From NCBI GenBank assembly GCA_963776855.1, contig CAVZOC010000006.1:171026-235025 (forward strand): a DNA stretch of 64,000 nt, written 5' to 3'. The notes below the pieces were generated by a model. The model had not been told where the DNA came from, made no database searches, and saw nothing but the letters and a program-made list of their open reading frames with translations. Every line of letters begins with the position of its first letter. Positions within the stretch are counted from its first letter, which is position 1. The position numbers and the translations under genes are program-made. This document shows, in pieces, positions 56,832-64,000 of this stretch. This DNA comes from an uncultured Actinomycetota bacterium. GTDB taxonomy: Bacteria > Actinomycetota > Actinomycetes > Mycobacteriales > Jatrophihabitantaceae.

Positions 56832-58016
56832 GTGACGTTCACGGAACCGTCCGCGTCGCCGACCGCGTTGCTGCTGCTCGGCCGCGGCAGCGACCCGTCC
56901 TCCGAACGGGGTGTCGACTGCCCCGGCGATCTGCCCTCGCCGTCGGACCCCGCACTCGTCGACCGCGCCCGCAGCGCCCGCGCCGCACTCGGGGATCGGG
57001 CCTTCGTGCTCGGCCATCACTACCAGCGCGACGAGGTGATCCAGTTCGCCGACGTCACCGGCGACTCGTTCAAGCTGGCCCGAGACGCCGCGGCGCGGCC
57101 GCAGGCCGAGTTCGTGGTGTTCTGCGGCGTCCACTTCATGGCCGAGTCGGCCGACATCCTGACCGGGCCGTCGCAGGCGGTGGTGCTGCCCGACCTCGCC
57201 GCCGGCTGCTCCATGGCCGACATGGCTGACCACCAGCAGGTGGTGGAGTGCTGGGACGCCCTGGCCGACGCGGGAATCGCCGACGCGACCGTGCCGATCA
57301 CCTACATGAACTCCTCCGCCGCCATCAAGTCCTTCACCGGGGCGCACGGCGGGGCCGTCTGTACCTCGTCGAACGCCGAACGGGCGCTGCGGTGGGCGCT
57401 GGGCTCCGAGGCCGACGGCGGCGCGGGCGGGCAGAAGGTGCTGTTCCTGCCCGACCAGCATCTGGGACGCAACACCGCGGCGCAGCGGCTGGGGATGGAC
57501 CTCGCCGACTGCGTGGTCTACAACCCGCACCGCCCGAACGGCGGGCTGAGCGCCCAGCAGCTGCGCGACGCCACGATGATCCTCTGGCAGGGCCACTGCT
57601 CGGTGCACGGACGGTTCAGTGCCGACAGCGTCGCCGACGTACGCGCCCGCATCCCCGGCGTCACCGTTCTGGTCCACCCGGAGTGCCGGCACGAGGTGGT
57701 CCTGGGCGCCGACCTGATCGGTTCCACCGAGTACATCATCAAGACCCTGGACGAGGCCGCGCCCGGCACCGCGTGGGCGATCGGCACCGAGCTGAACCTG
57801 GTGCGACGGCTGGCCGACCGGCATCCCGACAAGCAGATCGTGTTCCTGGACAAGACCGTGTGTTACTGCTCGACCATGAACCGCATCGACCTGCCGCACC
57901 TGGTCGCCCAGCTGGAATCGCTGGCGGCGGGACAGGTCGTCAACCGCATCAGCGTCGAGCCGCGCACGGCCGAGAACGCGCGTCTCGCCCTCGACCGGAT
58001 GCTCGCGCTGCCGTAG
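56832..58016 (+). CDS. nadA: Quinolinate synthase
   Basis: LGHHYQRDEV, FCGVHFMAE, AGCSMAD, WQGHCSVH, VHPEC and CYCSTM motifs. TATCCT sits 7 nt before GTG 56832. Confidence 0.95.
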   Translation: MTFTEPSASPTALLLLGRGSDPSSERGVDCPGDLPSPSDPALVDRARSARAALGDRAFVLGHHYQRDEVIQFADVTGDSFKLARDAAARPQAEFVVFCGVHFMAESADILTGPSQAVVLPDLAAGCSMADMADHQQVVECWDALADAGIADATVPITYMNSSAAIKSFTGAHGGAVCTSSNAERALRWALGSEADGGAGGQKVLFLPDQHLGRNTAAQRLGMDLADCVVYNPHRPNGGLSAQQLRDATMILWQGHCSVHGRFSADSVADVRARIPGVTVLVHPECRHEVVLGADLIGSTEYIIKTLDEAAPGTAWAIGTELNLVRRLADRHPDKQIVFLDKTVCYCSTMNRIDLPHLVAQLESLAAGQVVNRISVEPRTAENARLALDRMLALP

Positions 58017-58047
58017 CCCCTTCATGCCCTAGGTAGACTGAGCCGCC

Positions 58048-58707
58048 GTGAAGCTCCGCCGCGAGAAGTCCGACGACGCCGAGGCCGAGGAGACCGCTGC
58101 CGCATCCGGCGACACGGTGTCCATGACGAAGGATGGCCGCCCTCCCGGGAAGGGCCGTCCCACCCCGAAGCGCCGCGACTCGCAGGGCCAGCGCGGGCCG
58201 GTCTCGGCCCCGAAGACGCGCAAGGAGGCCTACCGGCGGCAGAAGGAGCAGACCCGCGAGCAGCGCGCCGCCGCCAAGAGCGGGAAGGCCGACGCCGGGG
58301 GCAGCGCGAAGCCCCGCAGCGTCGCCGAGCAGCGGGCGGCGCTCAAGCGCGGTGACCCCTCCGCCCTGCCGCGCCGCGACCAGGGCAAGACCCGCAAGCT
58401 GGCGCGCGACTACGTCGACTCGCACCGGATGTTCAGCAACTACCTGCTGTACCTGTTCCCGCTGATGATCATCGGCTCGTTCATCCCGCAGCTGGCGACG
58501 ATCCAGATTCTGGTGCTGGTCCTGTTCTTCGGTCTCATTCTCGAGTGGTACATCGTCGGGCGACGGATCCGCGCGATGGCGATGCAGCGTTTCGGTGAGG
58601 CCGACGGCGGCAACATGTCGATCGGTTGGTACGCCGGCTCGCGCGCCTACCTGCCGCGCCGGTGGCGGCTCCCCGGCCCGCAGGTCGAGCGCGGCGACGA
58701 GATCTAA
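58048..58707 (+). CDS. DUF3043-type membrane protein
   Basis: GKGRPTPKRR, LPRRDQG...ARDYVDS, two TM helices and PRRWRLPGPQV. Confidence 0.85.
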   Translation: MKLRREKSDDAEAEETAAASGDTVSMTKDGRPPGKGRPTPKRRDSQGQRGPVSAPKTRKEAYRRQKEQTREQRAAAKSGKADAGGSAKPRSVAEQRAALKRGDPSALPRRDQGKTRKLARDYVDSHRMFSNYLLYLFPLMIIGSFIPQLATIQILVLVLFFGLILEWYIVGRRIRAMAMQRFGEADGGNMSIGWYAGSRAYLPRRWRLPGPQVERGDEI

Positions 58708-58773
58708 CCTCCGCCGGTGGCAGTCCCCAGCTGTGGGGTATGAAGGGCAGCAGAACCGACCCGAGGAGCTGCC

Positions 58774-60408
<1,635 letters not shown>

Positions 60409-60450
60409 CGGCGCGCCTCGGGTCGCCGGCTACCACTGGGGTTCGAGGCG

Positions 60451-60780
60451 TCAGCCGGCCAGCCCGAGGAAGACGACCAATGCCCGGTTGAGGCGGACAA
60501 GGTCGTCCTCCGCGAGCCGGCCGAGGCGGTCGCGGAAGCTTGCGCGAGGCATGGTCGTGATCTTGTCGACCATGAGTTTGCTGGGCTCGTCGAGGCCGTT
60601 GAGCTGCGATGATCCGATCGGGACGCGGGTCAACGGTGCCTCGACCGGGTTAGTGGTCAGCGGGCAGACCGTTACCGAGGCGGTGGCGTCGAAGCGGTCG
60701 TCCTGGATGACCACGACCGGGCGTGGCTTTCCGGTGTACGAGCCGCGAGTGGCGGCGGTGTAGATGTCGCCGCGACTCAC
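60451..60780 (-). CDS. mazF: PemK/MazF-family toxin
   Basis: RGDIY...GKPRPVVVIQDD...TVCPLTT...MVDKITT. Confidence 0.9.
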   Translation of the reverse strand: MSRGDIYTAATRGSYTGKPRPVVVIQDDRFDATASVTVCPLTTNPVEAPLTRVPIGSSQLNGLDEPSKLMVDKITTMPRASFRDRLGRLAEDDLVRLNRALVVFLGLAG

Positions 60781-61001
60781 TCAGGCTGCTCCGGGTGGGT
60801 GTCCCATTCGGAGGAGATCGCGTCGACGAAGGCCTGGTCGTCGGCTTCCATCTCGCTGGCGGCGATGGCCGCGGACTGCCGGTGCGCCTCGGCGGCGAAC
60901 TCGGGGGCGTGCACGTCAGGCACCCAGATCTGGATCGGCCGCAGTCCCTGCTGGCGCAGCCTCGCCCGGTGCTCTCGCACGCGCTCGCGGGTAGAAGCCA
61001 T
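60777..61001 (-). CDS. mazE: MazE-like antitoxin (DUF3018 type)
   Basis: RVREHRARLRQQGLRPIQIWVPDV...FAAEAHRQS. GTGA overlap with the toxin. Confidence 0.87.
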   Translation of the reverse strand: MASTRERVREHRARLRQQGLRPIQIWVPDVHAPEFAAEAHRQSAAIAASEMEADDQAFVDAISSEWDTHPEQPE

Positions 61002-61010
61002 AACTCCGAT

Positions 61011-61024
61011 TGTTACATGTAACA
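61011..61024. promoter_or_regulatory. Palindromic operator candidate of the TA operon
   Basis: TGTTACA|TGTAACA, 9 nt upstream of the antitoxin ATG. Confidence 0.6.
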
Positions 61025-61133
61025 TGCCGGTTTTTCAACCGAAGCCATCTGGCCGAGGCCACGCCGGCTTCGCGTCGTGCGCGGCAACCGGGGAGGGCGG
61101 CCGCGCCGTAGATCTCAGCGATTATGGATCGCA

Positions 61134-61625
61134 CTACAACCCTCGCTGTCCATCGAGTGTCTCGCGGATGATGTCGGCGTGGCCGGCGTGCCGGGCGGTC
61201 TCCTCGATCAGGTGCAGCAGCACCCAGCGAACGTTGCAGTCGACGACATCAACCCGAGCCACGGGCTCGTCGAGCCCGACGGCGGCCGCGATCTCCCGGG
61301 AGCGTCGTATCGCCTGCTCGTAGCCATCGAGCCAGTGCTCGACGGTGTCCGTGCCGTCGACGACGAGGTCGTCCTCGCCGTCGGAGCCGGAGTCCGGCCA
61401 GCCATCGGAAAGGACGTCGCCGGCGACGACACCGTGAACCCATCGCTGTTCCCAGACGGTGCAGTGCTTGAGCAACCCGAGAAGTGACAGCGAGCTCGCG
61501 GTCGGTGCGCGGCGCGCGTCGGCCTCAGGCACGCCGCGGACCTTGCGCACGAGTGCATCGCGTTGCTGGTCGAGGAAGCCCGTCAGGGCCTCTCGTTCGC
61601 TGGCAGGAGAACGGTGTGGGGCCAC
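61134..61625 (-). CDS. DinB-superfamily (DUF664-like) protein
   Basis: LLGLLKHCTVWEQRW and WVLLHLIEETARHAGHADIIRE (His triad). Confidence 0.87.
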   Translation of the reverse strand: MAPHRSPASEREALTGFLDQQRDALVRKVRGVPEADARRAPTASSLSLLGLLKHCTVWEQRWVHGVVAGDVLSDGWPDSGSDGEDDLVVDGTDTVEHWLDGYEQAIRRSREIAAAVGLDEPVARVDVVDCNVRWVLLHLIEETARHAGHADIIRETLDGQRGL

Positions 61626-61639
61626 GTCGTAATCGCGAG

Positions 61640-62080
61640 TCAGCGTGGTTCGCAGATGACCAACGGGATGTCGCGGTCGGTGTTGCGCTGGTATCCGGCG
61701 TACCCCTTGTAGACCTTCACGACCTGGGGCCACAGTTCGGCCTTCTCCTCAGGCGTCGCGGTTCGAGCGCGCATCGGGGTGGTGTGGTCGTCAACGGTGA
61801 CCTCAATGTCGGGATTGGCGACGAGGTTCTTGTACCAATCGGGATGGTCGGTGTGTCCGCCCTTCGAGGCGACGACGACCAGCCGCTTCGAGTCGTGCAA
61901 GGGTGCGGTGAGCAATGTCGAATACGACCTACCGGACTTTCGACCAACCGTGTGGAGCTCGACGGGCTTCATGCCGATGACCGTCTTCGGATAGCGCCCG
62001 CCGGTCAGCCTGAGCAGCAGCCGATGACCGTTCTCGAGCAACCACGCGCCAATCTCGATCCCGCGATCCGGTTTCGCCAT
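61640..62080 (-). CDS. Deazaflavin (F420)-dependent nitroreductase-family oxidoreductase
   Basis: LHTVGRKSG, VVASKGG, HPDWYKNLVANP and YAGYQRNTDRDIP motifs. Confidence 0.9.
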   Translation of the reverse strand: MAKPDRGIEIGAWLLENGHRLLLRLTGGRYPKTVIGMKPVELHTVGRKSGRSYSTLLTAPLHDSKRLVVVASKGGHTDHPDWYKNLVANPDIEVTVDDHTTPMRARTATPEEKAELWPQVVKVYKGYAGYQRNTDRDIPLVICEPR

Positions 62081-62307
62081 CGTGTGCATCCCTCCGTCGG
62101 TGCGGACAGTGTCGCGGGTGGGGCGAGCGTCACCAACTCGGGGGCCGGTGCGGACCACCGCGGAGCCTGCCCCGTCGGTGCAGTTTCGATCGATTCAGGT
62201 GCGCCCCGCCAACGACCGGCATTCTCCGCGCCATGCCCTAGCCGGGCGAGCCGCCCGTGCGTAGCGTTCGGGCATCCGGGGCGGGGACTCGGCACACGGG
62301 GGAAATC

Positions 62308-62790
62308 ATGAAAGGTCTTCGCGTCTGGGCGGCGCTGGGTGCATCCGTGCTGGCGGCGGCGGGATTCTTGACGCCGGCCGCGGCCGGCGCGGCCGGCGGC
62401 GCAGCGCCGATCGAGCACATCGTCGGGCTGCAGAACAACCCGCAGAGCAATGGTGGCTTTGCGGTGGTCATCGGCAACGGCCCGATCCACGCGCACGGCA
62501 GGGACGTGGTGGTGAACCAGCACGTCGACAGGTTCGTGTTCCCGAAGGGCAGCATCACGATCAAGCACCGGAACACGACCGGGCAGCACCAGCGCTTCGA
62601 TCCGGTGACCTGCTACGGCACCTTCCATCAGCGTGGTGTCTACCGGGTCACCGGCGGCACGGGCGCCTACTCCGGCGCGCGCGGGCACGGCAAGTTCCGC
62701 GTGCGGGGCGCGTTCTTCGGTTGTCGTCCGCACCAGCCGCCGCGGATCTTCCAGCTCACGCTGCACGCGGCAGGGCCGCTGCGCGTGTAG
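62308..62790 (+). CDS. Secreted hypothetical protein, possible AOC/dirigent-like beta-barrel
   Basis: Ala-rich signal peptide, beta-strand pattern, VTGGTGAYSGARG and two Cys. Confidence 0.65.
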   Translation: MKGLRVWAALGASVLAAAGFLTPAAAGAAGGAAPIEHIVGLQNNPQSNGGFAVVIGNGPIHAHGRDVVVNQHVDRFVFPKGSITIKHRNTTGQHQRFDPVTCYGTFHQRGVYRVTGGTGAYSGARGHGKFRVRGAFFGCRPHQPPRIFQLTLHAAGPLRV

Positions 62791-62841
62791 GGGCGGTGCT
62801 CGCGGCGAACGCCCTGGCGGTGGCGTCCTACTGTGGAGCAA

Positions 62842-63897
62842 ATGGACTACCGCAGCCTCGGACGCACCGGAATGCAGGTCAGCCCGCTCTGTCTCGGAGC
62901 GATGATGTTCGGCGCCTGGGGTGAGCCCGACCATGACACCTCGGTCGGGATCATCCACCACGCGCTGGACGCGGGCATCAACTTCATCGACACCGCCGAC
63001 GTCTACTCGCAGGGTGAGTCGGAGACGATCGTGGGCAAGGCGCTCGCCGGCGGGCGGCGCGACGACGTCATCCTCGCCACCAAGTTCCACGGCCCGATGG
63101 ACGTGCCGATGGGGCAGCCCGGCGGTGACCCCAACCGCAGGGGCAACTCGCGCCGCTGGATCGTCCAGGAGGTCGAGAACAGTCTGCGCCGCCTGCAGAC
63201 GGACTGGATCGACCTCTACCAGGTCCACCGACCCGAGCGTGACACCGACGTCGAGGAGACGCTGTCGGCGCTGACCGACCTCCAGCGGCAGGGCAAGATC
63301 CGTGCCTTCGGCTCCTCGACCTTCCCGGCCCACGAGGTCGTGGAGGCGCAGTGGACGAGCGAGCGCCGCGCCCTCGGCCGCTTCGTCACCGAGCAGCCGC
63401 CGTACTCGATCCTGGTCCGCGGCATCGAGGCGGACCTGCTGCCGGTGACCGAGAAATACGGCATGGGCGTGCTGCCGTGGAGCCCGCTCGCCGGCGGCTG
63501 GCTGTCGGGCAAGTACCGCAAGGACCAGGACGCGCCGACGTCCCACCGGGCCGAACGGATGCCGGCGCGGTTCGACCTGGACGACCCTGGCAACCGGGCC
63601 AAGCTCGACGCCGCCGACGCCCTGGCGAAGCTGGCCGAACAGGCCGGGCTCAGCCTCATCCACCTGGCGCTGGCCTTCACCCTCGCTCACCCCGCCGTGA
63701 CAGCCCCGATCATCGGGCCCCGGACGATGGACCACCTCAAGTCCCAGCTCGGCGCCGACGAGGTCGCCCTCAGCACCGACGTGCTGGACGAGATCGACAA
63801 GATCGTGCCGCCCGGCACGACCCTCGCCGACTCCGACAAGGGCTACGTCCCGCCCGCGCAGCAGGACCCGTTCCTCCGCCGGCGCCGAACCGCCTGA
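62842..63897 (+). CDS. Aldo/keto reductase
   Basis: SPLCLGAMMFG, NFIDTADVY, ILATKF, DLYQVH and LPWSPLAGG motifs. Confidence 0.93.
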   Translation: MDYRSLGRTGMQVSPLCLGAMMFGAWGEPDHDTSVGIIHHALDAGINFIDTADVYSQGESETIVGKALAGGRRDDVILATKFHGPMDVPMGQPGGDPNRRGNSRRWIVQEVENSLRRLQTDWIDLYQVHRPERDTDVEETLSALTDLQRQGKIRAFGSSTFPAHEVVEAQWTSERRALGRFVTEQPPYSILVRGIEADLLPVTEKYGMGVLPWSPLAGGWLSGKYRKDQDAPTSHRAERMPARFDLDDPGNRAKLDAADALAKLAEQAGLSLIHLALAFTLAHPAVTAPIIGPRTMDHLKSQLGADEVALSTDVLDEIDKIVPPGTTLADSDKGYVPPAQQDPFLRRRRTA

Positions 63898-64000
63898 GCC
63901 GCTGCGCAGACGTGCCACGGCCTGGTTGACCCGCGGCCGGAGCAGGGCTGCGATAAGAGGCATCAGGCAGCCGGCGACGGGGACGATGCAGGGTTCTGAT

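Noticed and set aside
60420-64000. Prophage, IS element or integrative island
   Set aside because: No integrase, transposase, terminal inverted repeats, target duplication or tRNA anchor is visible in the window.

Overview
This is a high-GC actinobacterial chromosome segment whose gene order matches the conserved pknL-pimB-qcrCAB-ctaCF-asnB-nadA neighbourhood; the genus cannot be determined from the sequence alone. In order it holds: a 5'-truncated transglutaminase-like gene; a HEPN-like/methyltransferase/dinB operon behind a candidate SOS promoter; a split carotenoid cluster (GNAT-cruF-cruG, crtI-crtB, two lycopene-cyclase subunits) around metF; pknL-nfo; two DAHP synthases of different classes; a PFK with the PPi-type signature; lipid and sugar genes; a c-di-AMP riboswitch ahead of an NlpC/P60 hydrolase; a frameshifted NYN nuclease divergent from a DEDD/GIY-YIG nuclease; the cytochrome bcc-aa3 genes; sulfur/Fe-S and NAD genes; and a terminal accessory patch with a MazEF-like toxin-antitoxin pair. 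I found no tRNA, rRNA, CRISPR array, integrase or transposase. The best leads are an unexplained ~120-nt structured element between iscA and adoK, a consensus PafBC-type promoter ahead of a small Cys4 protein, a cysteine-desulfurase homolog lacking the PLP lysine and coupled to TusA, a non-RD PknL, an EEP protein stripped of catalytic residues, a small Cys/His ORF between qcrB and ctaF, and two long loopless palindromes. Many start codons were moved from the ORF track by eye; family calls come from motif recognition, not database searches.
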